Assembly: GCA_965213625.1 (NCBI GenBank)
Contig: CBDBZU010000004.1
Location: 3,584,001 to 3,648,000, forward strand
From: a bacterium
GTDB taxonomy: Bacteria > UBA8248
DNA length: 64,000 bases
Direction: 5' to 3'
The notes below the pieces were generated by a model that saw nothing but the letters and a program-made list of their open reading frames with translations, searched no databases and had not been told where the DNA came from. Below are positions 27,561-37,478 of this stretch, in pieces (within the stretch, counting starts at the first letter, position 1; every line of letters begins with the position of its first letter). A program made the position numbers and the translations under genes.

Positions 27561-29366
27561 GTGATGCACGAAGAATCACGAAAATCACTGTCTCGGGAAA
27601 CATCGGGCGTCATTCCGGTGATCCCCGAAGAATTCGATGATTTTGAAACACAAGCTACCAGATTCCGTAATGGAGAAATCGATAACGGAGAGTTTCTCCC
27701 ATACCGCCTAAGGCGTGGCGTATATGGCCAGCGTCAGGCGGAAGCACAAATGGTACGCGTGAAAATCCCTTTTGGCGGTTTAAACGCTTCCCAACTCGAA
27801 GCCCTGGGCCGTGTATCGCGAGATTACGCGCCGTTGGGAAAAGGCCACGTAACGACACGGGAAAACGTGCAGTTTCATTTCGTCCCCCTCGACCAGTCCG
27901 CCGAAGTTTTGAGGCTTCTGGGCGAAGTGGGACTAACAACTCGAGAAGCATGTGGAAATTGCGTGAGAAACGTCACCGGCTGCCCCTATGCGGGCGTTTG
28001 CAAGGATCAGGTTTTTGACGCAACACCCTACGCAGGCGGGTTTGCACGTTACTTCGTCCGCAAGGATTTCACACAGGATCTGCCTCGCAAATTCAAGGTG
28101 GCGTTCTCCAGTTGCGCTTCGGACTGCGTGGTCGGCGGAATCCATGATATCGGTTTCATCCCGGTCATCAAGGAGATGGAAGGAACCCCCGTGCATGGCT
28201 TCAAGGTGCTAGTCGGAGGCGGACTCGCCACTTTTGCGCGTACCGCCGAAGTACTATACGAGTTTGTTCCGGTATCCGATTTCCTGAGGGTGAGTGAAGC
28301 CTTAATCCGGGTTTTCGACCAGGCTGCTGAACTCCGCAAATCCCGTTTCAAGGCGCGCATCAAGTTCCTGGTGAGCTGGATAGGAATAGACGGGCTGCGT
28401 GAACGCGTCGAAGAAGAGTTGAAAAAGGACTGGGCAAAAGAACCCGTCAGTCCCGAACCCTATCTTTGGAAAGATGATGAAGGAAGCGACGCTCCACCCA
28501 TCTTGAACACTCTGAACGGAGCGGGGGCTAATCCGAATGGCGACGCGGCGGATTATCACGTTTGGAGAAATACGAACGTCACCGCGCAGAGACAAGAAGG
28601 CTACTTCGCCGTCGAAGTGAAACTACCCTTGGGGAACATCCTTACAGATCAGTTCTTCGCCCTGGCCGACCTCACCCGACGTTTCGCGAGAGGACGAGCA
28701 AGAACGAGTTTCGAGCAAAACCTCGTATTCAGGTGGGTGCGCGCAGGAGAGCTTTATCCCCTGTGGAAAGAACTTCAGCGAATCGGGCTCGCCGAAAAAG
28801 GCGCCCGTGAGATTTCCGACGTGGTCTCCTGCCCGGGAACGGATTCATGCAAACTCGGTATTACCTCCTCCATGGGGCTGGCCAACGCTATTCGTGAAAC
28901 ACTTCATGAAATCGATCAGGACCCTCTCACGCGAGAATTGCACATAAAAATGAGTGGCTGCCCGAATTCCTGCGGACAGCACCACATCGCAAACATCGGC
29001 TTTCACGGGGGGACACTCAGAGCAAACGGCGCAATGCTGCCCGCTTATGAAATTTTTCTTGGCGGTCAATACGAAAATACAGATGGAGAAATCCGAATCG
29101 GCAAACGCATCCAGGTTCGGATTCCCGCAAAACGCGTTCCCGCTGCGCTCAAGAAAATGTTGTCCTACTACCGGGAAAACAGAACTGAGGGCGAGCGATT
29201 CAACGAGTATTTGGATCGCGTGGGCAACGCTTCATTCGAAGACTTGCTGCAGGAATTTCACCTTGCCGGCCAGTTTAATGACGAACCCGATTCTGATTTG
29301 TTCATCGACTGGAGTCAGAAAAAACAATATGTTTTGGAGAGGGGAGAAGGCGAATGTCTAGCCTAG
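27561..29366 (+). CDS. Siroheme/4Fe-4S sulfite or nitrite reductase hemoprotein
   Basis: GVYGQRQ, TTRENVQ, LPRKFK, CPGTDSC, SGCPNSCGQH. Confidence 0.92.
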   Translation: MMHEESRKSLSRETSGVIPVIPEEFDDFETQATRFRNGEIDNGEFLPYRLRRGVYGQRQAEAQMVRVKIPFGGLNASQLEALGRVSRDYAPLGKGHVTTRENVQFHFVPLDQSAEVLRLLGEVGLTTREACGNCVRNVTGCPYAGVCKDQVFDATPYAGGFARYFVRKDFTQDLPRKFKVAFSSCASDCVVGGIHDIGFIPVIKEMEGTPVHGFKVLVGGGLATFARTAEVLYEFVPVSDFLRVSEALIRVFDQAAELRKSRFKARIKFLVSWIGIDGLRERVEEELKKDWAKEPVSPEPYLWKDDEGSDAPPILNTLNGAGANPNGDAADYHVWRNTNVTAQRQEGYFAVEVKLPLGNILTDQFFALADLTRRFARGRARTSFEQNLVFRWVRAGELYPLWKELQRIGLAEKGAREISDVVSCPGTDSCKLGITSSMGLANAIRETLHEIDQDPLTRELHIKMSGCPNSCGQHHIANIGFHGGTLRANGAMLPAYEIFLGGQYENTDGEIRIGKRIQVRIPAKRVPAALKKMLSYYRENRTEGERFNEYLDRVGNASFEDLLQEFHLAGQFNDEPDSDLFIDWSQKKQYVLERGEGECLA

Positions 29367-29806
29367 AAAAACAATTGGAATTTTTGGACGAGAAGCCTGA
29401 GGACCAGATAAAAACGGCGGTATTGCTCGTCGGTCACGGAAGCCGCGCCCAAAATGCCAACGATGCGCTTTTCCGCGTAGTGAACTATTTTCAAAAGGCG
29501 TGGCCACATCGCATATTGAAGGCGGCATTCCTGGAGATCAGCCCCCCCTCCATTCCCGAAGGAATCGATTTGTGCGTCGCAGAAGGCGCTGAAAGAATCA
29601 TTGTCATCCCTTACTTTCTTTTTCGGGGCAATCACGTGGCAGTGGACTTGCCCGTCTTCATTCAAGAAAGCCGGAGGAAATACCCGGATATCGACGTCAT
29701 TTTGGGTCCTCACCTTGGCTTCCATCCCAAGATGATCGAGATCGTAGATGAACGAATCCAACAAGTTCTCGATACGCTAAAATCCGAGGAGAAGGCGCTC
29801 CCATGA
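29354..29806 (+). CDS. Sirohydrochlorin chelatase (CbiX/SirB, short form)
   Basis: GHGSR, AFLE, PYFL..G.H..D. Confidence 0.9.
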   Translation: MSSLEKQLEFLDEKPEDQIKTAVLLVGHGSRAQNANDALFRVVNYFQKAWPHRILKAAFLEISPPSIPEGIDLCVAEGAERIIVIPYFLFRGNHVAVDLPVFIQESRRKYPDIDVILGPHLGFHPKMIEIVDERIQQVLDTLKSEEKALP

Positions 29807-30777
29807 CTGAACGAAACGGATCCGCCCGCCCCATCGCCATTTATTATGAACACCCCGAGTGGTTCAAAAAGCTTTTTCAGGAACTCGAGCGGCGAGGTAT
29901 CCCTTATGAAAAAATAGAAGCACACAACCATCGCTTCGACCCGACCGAAACCGAATCACCATATTCGCTGATTGTAAACAGAATGAGTCCATCGGCATGG
30001 GCGCGCGGACATACCCATGCAATTCCCTACACGCTCGAATTTTGCGCGCACCTCAAGGCGATTGGCGCCAACGTGATAAACGGCTACGAGGCCTATCTCC
30101 ATGAATTTTCAAAAGTTCGTCAAACCCGCCTGCTCAAGAGCCTCGGTGTCAACCACCCGAGATCACGGGTGATAAACCATGCCTCCCAAGCCCCGGCGGC
30201 GGCCGAGGGATTCAGTTTTCCAGTCATCACGAAAGCGAATATCGGCGGTAGCGGAGCAGGCATACAAAAATACGATACTCCTGAAGGACTCCAACAAGCA
30301 GCGGATGAAGCAATTATTGATTTTGGAATCGACAATGTGGCGCTCGTCCAGGAGTACATCCCGCCGCGGGGAGAGCGAATTGTCCGAGTCGAGGTTTTGA
30401 ACAGCAAATTCCTATATGCGATTCAACTGGCTTTGATGGATCCGAATTCCTTTAACCTCTGTCCGGGAAGCTATTGCCGCCGCAACGAGGAAGTCGCATG
30501 CGGGGTGAACGGCGGGAATGCGTTGATTGAGAAAGTCACACCTCCTATAGAGGTAATTGAAACCGTTGAGAAGATCATGCAAACAGCCGGTATTGAGGTT
30601 GGCGGCGTGGAATATCTGGTAAGCGATAAGGATGGGGAAATATATTTTTACGACATCAATGCGCTCTCCAATTTCGTGGACGATGCGCAAAATGTAATCG
30701 GCTTTGACCCTTGGCCGTTGATGGCCGACTTCGTCCTTGATCGCGCGCAGCACCCTGCTCCTGCACTGAGTATTTAG
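29803..30777 (+). CDS. ATP-grasp ligase (RimK/glutathione synthase-like)
   Basis: FPVI.K.NIGGSGAGI, VQEY, GGVEY, YDINALSNF. Confidence 0.82.
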   Translation: MTERNGSARPIAIYYEHPEWFKKLFQELERRGIPYEKIEAHNHRFDPTETESPYSLIVNRMSPSAWARGHTHAIPYTLEFCAHLKAIGANVINGYEAYLHEFSKVRQTRLLKSLGVNHPRSRVINHASQAPAAAEGFSFPVITKANIGGSGAGIQKYDTPEGLQQAADEAIIDFGIDNVALVQEYIPPRGERIVRVEVLNSKFLYAIQLALMDPNSFNLCPGSYCRRNEEVACGVNGGNALIEKVTPPIEVIETVEKIMQTAGIEVGGVEYLVSDKDGEIYFYDINALSNFVDDAQNVIGFDPWPLMADFVLDRAQHPAPALSI

Positions 30778-30830
30778 CACTCAGGCAGTAAGTGCTTTGA
30801 TGAGCCTACATACTTTTCTATAATGGGGAC

Positions 30831-31727
30831 GTGATCGAAACAGCCGCCGTATACGCCCTCATATCAGCTCTTTTGCTTGCGTTTAGGGATATCTTCGGAC
30901 GCTTTGCGGTTCGTGGCATAGATCCCATTACCGGAACGGCCTTTACCGCCATCATCGGCCTACCCGTTCTCTGGATTGTTTCCGCTGCGATGGGAGATTT
31001 TTCAGACCCCTGGCCGGGCTTAGGCTGGCCTCTTGTCTTCATTGCCGTCGCGGGTATTTTCAGGGTCTGCTTTGCACGCACAATGCTATTCGCCGCCACA
31101 CAACACATCGGGTCCGCACGCACGAGCACCGTCGTAGCGACGAACCTAATTTTTGCCGTATTTTTCGGTATCGTTTTTCTGGGAGAAGCACTCACTGTCA
31201 ACACCGGTCTGGGCGCCCTGCTCGTGTTTGGCGGTTACATCTTCATCGCAAGGAGTCATCCCAATCATAAGGAGGGTGATTCTCCCAACAGCCGATATAT
31301 CGGAATGGGATTGGCGCTAGGCTGTGCGCTGGCCTTCGGTGCCGCCGCAGTGCTTGTGCGACCCGCAGTAGGATTTTTCACCTCCGCCAACGAGGCAAAC
31401 TTTTACTCAAATATTTTCGCTGTAGCGGCTTTTTCCCCTTTCCTTTTCCGCAAAGGGAAAATAGGCGAAATCAAAAGTTGGACCCCAGGTAATTGGGGGT
31501 TTCTCATTCTGGCCGGTTTATCGGCAAGTCTCGGCGTTACGTTCTTATATCTCGCGCTGGCGAATGCCCCCGTCGTCTACGCCTTCCCCATATCACAATC
31601 GAGACCTTTGTTCGCCATCGCGATAACATGGATTTTTCTTCAATCAGTAGAGAGAATGAACTGGCGAGTCGTGGCAGGCGCGCTCGCAATTTTTTCGGGC
31701 ACGGTGACCTTGATTTTCAATGGATAG
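30831..31727 (+). CDS. DMT/EamA family transporter
   Basis: About 10 TM helices in two repeats; FLGE and FL..E motifs. Confidence 0.85.
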   Translation: MIETAAVYALISALLLAFRDIFGRFAVRGIDPITGTAFTAIIGLPVLWIVSAAMGDFSDPWPGLGWPLVFIAVAGIFRVCFARTMLFAATQHIGSARTSTVVATNLIFAVFFGIVFLGEALTVNTGLGALLVFGGYIFIARSHPNHKEGDSPNSRYIGMGLALGCALAFGAAAVLVRPAVGFFTSANEANFYSNIFAVAAFSPFLFRKGKIGEIKSWTPGNWGFLILAGLSASLGVTFLYLALANAPVVYAFPISQSRPLFAIAITWIFLQSVERMNWRVVAGALAIFSGTVTLIFNG

Positions 31728-31893
31728 GACATAGGGGAAGTTACATAAAAACCTCTGGAATCCACCCTTTATTGCCATGTAGAATGTTATGCATGATGCT
31801 GGGGGCGCAAAAACATCTTGCGGAAGGCAAGACCTTGGGCTAAAGTTGAATAAAAATAATTGGTTTCCCCTCCATCAAGGAGAATTTGACGAC

Positions 31894-32232
31894 ATGATGA
31901 ACATCGGGGAAGAAAAGGCGGATTCTGTAGTCATCGTTGCAATTGAGGGGCGTGTCGACGGCACCACTGCTCCGGAACTTGAAAACCGGATTTCGGAAAT
32001 TGTCGACCGCGGTGATGCCCATGTTCTGCTTGACTGCGCAGGAATGACATATGTCAGCAGCGCCGGGTTACGCATTTTTCTCACAGGCGCCAGAAAATGC
32101 CAACAAAGCGGCGGTAAGTTGTTGATTTGCGCACTACAGCCCGATTGCAAGACAGTGATAGAAACCAGCGGTTTCCATACCGTAATTGATTGCCACGATA
32201 CCCGTGAGGCTGCCCTCGCGGCGGCTTCATAA
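31894..32232 (+). CDS. STAS-domain anti-sigma factor antagonist
   Basis: GRVDG.TA, D....YVSSAGLR, SGF. Confidence 0.9.
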   Translation: MMNIGEEKADSVVIVAIEGRVDGTTAPELENRISEIVDRGDAHVLLDCAGMTYVSSAGLRIFLTGARKCQQSGGKLLICALQPDCKTVIETSGFHTVIDCHDTREAALAAAS

Positions 32233-32243
32233 AGGAGCGCTCC

Positions 32244-32897
32244 ATGCTGACATTTGTCGATGAAATCCTTTTGCTGATGCTGGATGACGAGAAAGGTTCG
32301 TTCCTCCCCATTCGCGAAAGCACGATGGGATATGTGCTCGCGGGCGCGGTTCTCATGGATCTGGCATTTACAAACCGCATCGACACCGACCCCAGCCAGT
32401 TGATGGTTCTGGACAAAACCCCTATTGGGCACTCAGCTCATGACCGGATTCTCGGAAATATAGCGGATTCCAACGAAACCAAAGATACCAAGGCTTGGAT
32501 CGAAACGATTTCCCGAGAGGCCACTGAAATCCGAGAGGAATCCCTGTCCGGTTTGGTCGAAAACGGTATTCTAGAATCCCAGGAAGAAAAGTTCTTGTGG
32601 GTTTTCCGGGCGCGGAGATACCCGATGATCGATGGTCGCGCCGAGCGTGAAGTGAAGCTGCGCATTACCGGCGTGTTACTTACAGATGAAACTCCGGACC
32701 CCAAAGATGTCGCAATTATCTGCCTCGCTGATGCGTGCAATATACTGCGTGACGTATTTTCCGACAGGGAGATCAGCCGGATTCGGCCCCGTATCGATCA
32801 GATACGCAAACTGGACCTCATCGGTCGTGAAGTCAGCGGAGCGATTCAGGAAATCGAACAAGCGATCATGGCGGCGATGACGCATGCCCACCACTAA
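32244..32897 (+). CDS. GPP34 (GOLPH3/Vps74-like) family protein
   Basis: LTF.DE.LLL.LDD..G, LAGAVLMDL, LV..GIL...E.K.LWVF...RYP. Confidence 0.8.
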   Translation: MLTFVDEILLLMLDDEKGSFLPIRESTMGYVLAGAVLMDLAFTNRIDTDPSQLMVLDKTPIGHSAHDRILGNIADSNETKDTKAWIETISREATEIREESLSGLVENGILESQEEKFLWVFRARRYPMIDGRAEREVKLRITGVLLTDETPDPKDVAIICLADACNILRDVFSDREISRIRPRIDQIRKLDLIGREVSGAIQEIEQAIMAAMTHAHH

Positions 32898-33030
32898 TCA
32901 TCGGGACTTCTGACCAACACCTGATGTAAAGTGCGCTGAATCTGACATTCAATGCTGGTTGTTAAGGTAAATCTGTACCGCTTTGCCTTAACCACAGGCG
33001 TCATGACCTAACTCGTAAAATACCTTTTAC

Positions 33031-33489
33031 CTATATATTTCCGCTATCTCGCCTGCGCACCAAACTCACGGATCTCATCGAAAGCACCAATTCGTTTTCC
33101 TGGTTGAATGTCCTGAAATCCATGAGAACAATCCCGCGTCCTGGCTCCGAGCGGGACGCTCTTGTCTCGATGACTTCCGCCTCGACCCGCAAGGTATCTC
33201 CAGGACGAACGGGTTTTATCCAGCGAATGGAATCCATGCCAGGCGAACCCATGCCAGTAGTCCCGATAACGCCTGTATCGATAAACAGGCGAAACGAGGT
33301 TCCTATCGTATGGAACCCACTGGCTATGATGCCACCAAATGGAGAATCAGCTGCCGCTTTTTCATCAATATGGAACGGCTGCGGATCGTACAACTCGGCG
33401 AATTCTATAATTTCTTCGGTGGAGAGAGTTTTTTGTTTCGTGTGAAACTTCTCTCCAACATTGAAATCCTCAAAATATTTTTCTTTCAT
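33031..33489 (-). CDS. MaoC-family dehydratase
   Basis: YFEDF.VG, DPQPFH.D, FGG.IASG.HT, PVRPGD. Confidence 0.92.
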   Translation of the reverse strand: MKEKYFEDFNVGEKFHTKQKTLSTEEIIEFAELYDPQPFHIDEKAAADSPFGGIIASGFHTIGTSFRLFIDTGVIGTTGMGSPGMDSIRWIKPVRPGDTLRVEAEVIETRASRSEPGRGIVLMDFRTFNQENELVLSMRSVSLVRRRDSGNI

Positions 33490-33513
33490 CACGGACAACC
33501 TTAAAATCTCATG

Positions 33514-33918
33514 TTATGCAGAGCTCCCGGGATATTTCTTCTCTGCTTCCTCGGCCCCTTGCGCCATGTTGTAATCCTCATCGAGTTCCCCCGTTCCGGC
33601 CGGAAATTTCACGGTGAAGAAAGTGGCCTCGCCATCAATGGCCCTGCTCCTGTGGTTCGTATACCTGGGGATGTGAATCAAATCTCCACGCTCCACGATT
33701 TTGTCTTCCTCATCGAGTATATAGTGCAGCTTGCCATCCAGTATGAGCGTGAATTGCTCTTCGTTCGGATGCATGTGCAGTGGGGGACCCTCGCCCTCTG
33801 GCTTCGTGACGATGCCAACTTTCATGAATTCACCCACAACGCTTTTCGCCCTGACTTTGGGATTCGTTTTGCTGTTGCTCTCCTTCATTCCTTCAATTTC
33901 GTAAAAAGGCATGCGCAT
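33514..33918 (-). CDS. Cupin domain protein
   Basis: PLHMHPNEEQ and IP...NH motifs. Confidence 0.85.
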   Translation of the reverse strand: MRMPFYEIEGMKESNSKTNPKVRAKSVVGEFMKVGIVTKPEGEGPPLHMHPNEEQFTLILDGKLHYILDEEDKIVERGDLIHIPRYTNHRSRAIDGEATFFTVKFPAGTGELDEDYNMAQGAEEAEKKYPGSSA

Positions 33919-33941
33919 TTATCTCCATTCGTTGGAAAAAT

Positions 33942-35063
33942 CTATAATTCTTCATACTCACTGATAGTCATCGGTAACGAGACAGACTCTTTTCTTTTCG
34001 CCGAAACGTCCATCGCCATGGTGAGCAGGAGGTTACTGTGTCCGTCTTGCACGGTAGCGTGCGGCGTGTCGAGCCCCGTGTACACCCGCCCGAACCATGC
34101 GTTGGTTTCTTCCCGCATCGGACCCCAGAGTTGGTCGAACACGACGTCTCCAGGCGGATAACTGGTCAGGAAATCCACGTTTCGCTTTACATCGGGCGTA
34201 TAACCCGCAGGTTGCGCATTTTCACTGGCAAGAACCAAATCTCTATGCGTGTCGTCGATAGTGAGAACACCCTCTGTCCCCACGATACCGATCTCCAGGC
34301 TATAGACGGAACCTGGCCAAACCGTCGGCAAGGCCCATGAGATATTCATGCTCCATATCGTGCCGTCATCAAAAGTAAAAATGCCCAAAGTCGCGTCTTT
34401 GGTTCCATAAGACGCGCCAAGGGCCTTATCCATTGAACGCGCATAGACTTCGACAGGCGTTTTCCCTTCCATCAACCACATGCAGACGTCGAGGCTGTGC
34501 GTCCCCGAGACAACCATCGGCGTGAGTATGCCTCGGTATTCCGTTTTTTCCACCGTGGCGATGGGCACCAGGCGATTCATGAAGGCTCTCGTAACGACCG
34601 TAGTCACATCACCCAACTGACCGGTGCGAATTTTTTCTTTGGCGACCAGAAACCTTCTTCTGAAACGTTGAGTATAACCGACAACCGCATCCAACCCTGC
34701 GTCTTCGATGGCCTTGAGGACCCGAGCTGAATCAGCCGCATTCGTTGCAAGTGGCTTCTCGATGAACATATCGTGGCCCCCATCCACGGAAGCCAATATG
34801 GGGCCGATATGCTCGTTCTCTTCGGTGGCGATAATCGAGGCCGTCACTTCCGGTCTGCCCAATAGCTCTTTGTAGTCCGTTGTGAAAAAATCGGCATTCG
34901 TATCATCGGCGAGTTTTCTCCCTACTTTCTCGTTGATGTCGCAAAGGCCCAGCCACTCGACGCCCGGATAATCACGGGCGAATTCAGCACGAACTCTTCC
35001 GATAGTCCCGCAACCGACGATCGCCAAACCGATGGGCTTTCTATTTCCATTTTCAGTGTTCAT
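33942..35063 (-). CDS. Gfo/Idh/MocA oxidoreductase
   Basis: GCGTIG, IEKP, VGY..RF, H.LD. Confidence 0.9.
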   Translation of the reverse strand: MNTENGNRKPIGLAIVGCGTIGRVRAEFARDYPGVEWLGLCDINEKVGRKLADDTNADFFTTDYKELLGRPEVTASIIATEENEHIGPILASVDGGHDMFIEKPLATNAADSARVLKAIEDAGLDAVVGYTQRFRRRFLVAKEKIRTGQLGDVTTVVTRAFMNRLVPIATVEKTEYRGILTPMVVSGTHSLDVCMWLMEGKTPVEVYARSMDKALGASYGTKDATLGIFTFDDGTIWSMNISWALPTVWPGSVYSLEIGIVGTEGVLTIDDTHRDLVLASENAQPAGYTPDVKRNVDFLTSYPPGDVVFDQLWGPMREETNAWFGRVYTGLDTPHATVQDGHSNLLLTMAMDVSAKRKESVSLPMTISEYEEL

Positions 35064-35172
35064 TCACTACTCCCTGATAGGTACGATGAAATTTTCATTA
35101 AACGCGCTCTAGGATGACTTCCCTTTCAGCGGGAACACATAACAGGCACGCAAAATCGCCAAATTCTCAAAA

Positions 35173-35535
35173 CTAGTCTTTGATCTCCACGCGAATTGCT
35201 TCGAGAGGTTTGTCTCCATGATTCTCGACTGCGTGCAAACCCTCTCTGCCCAGCCAGAAAGGCACACCTTCTTTGCGATCTTCGCTGATGGCGCAAGGCT
35301 CGCCCTTTTCATTGTAGTAGGTGAGATTCGGAAAACTCATGATGGTGAACACGCTCTCCCATTTATGCGTGTGCTCTTTTTCCAGTTCACCAGGCTGAAT
35401 CGTCACCCGTAAAACGCGAACCCGTTCGTTTTCGAAAATAATATCGTGGTTATCGGGAGCCGCGACTACGGCATCCAACTCTTCAGGCGTTCCGGGAATG
35501 TATGGAGGCCTACTTCCTGTAGCATTTTCGCTCAT
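35173..35535 (-). CDS. Cupin-like protein
   Basis: ENERVRVL, HTH, H.VEN, VEIK; AGGAGG RBS. Confidence 0.8.
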   Translation of the reverse strand: MSENATGSRPPYIPGTPEELDAVVAAPDNHDIIFENERVRVLRVTIQPGELEKEHTHKWESVFTIMSFPNLTYYNEKGEPCAISEDRKEGVPFWLGREGLHAVENHGDKPLEAIRVEIKD

Positions 35536-35570
35536 GTTTTAACCCTCCTATGAGATTACAAACACGTAAA

Positions 35571-36506
35571 TCACGTGAATAATGATTTCGGCAGCATGGC
35601 GTGAACTCCTTTCACGCCGTTTACGATTTGAGTAACCCTCAAGTCAACGGCGAGGCTGCAAAGCGTATATGCGTCATCCTTGCTCATGCCGCGCAACTCT
35701 CCCAGGAATTTTATCGTCTCCCGCAGCGCCATTTTGGCTGCGTTATCGAGAATAGGGTCAAATCCCATCAGGATATAATGGGTGTCTGTTTCCGCCCGGG
35801 GGTTTTCGAGGCGCAAATCCTTTCTAACGATAATTTCCATCGTTCCCGAGAGGCCCGTTTCAATGGCCGTCAGACAGGCTTCCCCGTCTCCCTGGCAGCC
35901 ATGCCCGTCGCCTACGGAAAACAATGCGCCATCGTTGAAAATCGGAAAATACGCTATGGAACCCGAGATGAGTTCCTTGTTGTCCAGATTCCCGCCCCAG
36001 GCGCTTGGGGGATAACTCCCCACACGGCCTACGGCAGGTGGAGGCGCAACGCCGAAGTTTCCGAAATACGGCCTGAGGGGCACCTTGACGCCCGCACCCC
36101 AGTCTCCCGTTTGCGCTTCCAAATCGAGGTCCACGATTACGGCGCGGGTATACGGAAAATCTTCTGGCAATCCGCCCATCATCGGCCTGATAGTGTTATA
36201 TCCCCAGTCATACCGCGTCTTGACTTCATGGATGCGGACTTCGAGCACGTCCCCGGGTTGCGCGTCTTCGATGGCGACGGGACCCGTCATGATATGGGGG
36301 CCAAGCTCTTGGGGAATTTGCGCAATGATGTCCCTCAAATTCTGGGACGCACGGTCCCCGAGTTCCGCCAGATATTCCTCACGGCCCGATTCTGTATGAA
36401 CCTCCAGCGTATCGCCCGAGCGAATGTTCATCACAGGCTCCAGAGAGGCGTCATAATAGCCCCAATGGATAGTGTCCGGGTTCGCAATCAATTCATGAGT
36501 CGCCAT
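35571..36506 (-). CDS. Acetamidase/formamidase family protein (copy 3)
   Basis: HIMTGP, GGNLD, GDGHGCQGDGE, TQIVNG.KGVH. Confidence 0.92.
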   Translation of the reverse strand: MATHELIANPDTIHWGYYDASLEPVMNIRSGDTLEVHTESGREEYLAELGDRASQNLRDIIAQIPQELGPHIMTGPVAIEDAQPGDVLEVRIHEVKTRYDWGYNTIRPMMGGLPEDFPYTRAVIVDLDLEAQTGDWGAGVKVPLRPYFGNFGVAPPPAVGRVGSYPPSAWGGNLDNKELISGSIAYFPIFNDGALFSVGDGHGCQGDGEACLTAIETGLSGTMEIIVRKDLRLENPRAETDTHYILMGFDPILDNAAKMALRETIKFLGELRGMSKDDAYTLCSLAVDLRVTQIVNGVKGVHAMLPKSLFT

Positions 36507-37453
36507 CAACACACTCCTTCGTCAAGAATACTCTTCGGCAATATCGCATGAACGCCTTTTACCCCGTTCACAATCTGCGTGACGCGCAGATCCACCGCCA
36601 GGCTGCATAGCGTATAGGCATCATCTTTGCTCATGCCGCGCAATTCCCCTAAAAACCGAATCGTTTCTCTTAACGCCATTTTGGCTGCATTATCGAGAAT
36701 GGGATCGAACCCCATGAGGATATAGTGCGTGGGCGTCTCCGCGCGGGGCATTTTCAGACTCAAATCCTTTCGGACGATGAGCTCGACCCTTGCAGACATG
36801 CCGCACTCCAGGGCCGAGAGACAACTCTCCCCGTCTCCTTGGCAGCCGTGCCCATCGCCAATGGCGAACAAAGCGCCATCCTGGAATACGGGAAGATAAA
36901 CGCGAGAGCCGGCGATGAATTCCTTGTTGTCCATGTTTCCGCCCCAGATTCCCGGCGGAGTAGACGGAACACGGCCAAAATCGCTGGGTGGTGCCACACC
37001 GAAATTCCCGAAATAGGGCCTCAAAGGCACCTTCACGCCTGCTCCCCAATCTCCCGTATACGCTTCTTTGTCGATTTCCACGATTACTGTTCTTGAATAC
37101 GGGAAATCCTCAGGCAAGCCACCCGCCAGGGGCCGGATGACGTTGAAACCCCAATTGTAGCGCGGCCAGATATCCAAAAAATGCACTTCCAGGATGTCTC
37201 CCGCCACAGCTCCTTCCAACGCGATGGGACCAGTGAGGATATGGCCTCCCAGGTCTCTCTTTCCTCGATCGGCGATGTCTCGCAAGCTTTGAGACGCTCT
37301 TTCCCGAATCGGAGATTCAAGAGTTCGTATCCCCGGTTCGGAGTGAATTTCAATCACATCACCCGAGGCAATGGTGAGAACCGGGGAAAGACCGGCATCA
37401 TAATAACCCCACTGGATGTTGTCGGGGTTTTGCGTGATCACATGATCGGCCAA
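36506..37453 (-). CDS. Acetamidase/formamidase family protein (copy 2)
   Basis: Same motifs; stop overlaps next start (TGATG). Confidence 0.92.
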   Translation of the reverse strand: MADHVITQNPDNIQWGYYDAGLSPVLTIASGDVIEIHSEPGIRTLESPIRERASQSLRDIADRGKRDLGGHILTGPIALEGAVAGDILEVHFLDIWPRYNWGFNVIRPLAGGLPEDFPYSRTVIVEIDKEAYTGDWGAGVKVPLRPYFGNFGVAPPSDFGRVPSTPPGIWGGNMDNKEFIAGSRVYLPVFQDGALFAIGDGHGCQGDGESCLSALECGMSARVELIVRKDLSLKMPRAETPTHYILMGFDPILDNAAKMALRETIRFLGELRGMSKDDAYTLCSLAVDLRVTQIVNGVKGVHAILPKSILDEGVC

Positions 37454-37478
37454 GTATGGCCCCTTATAAATACGAAAC

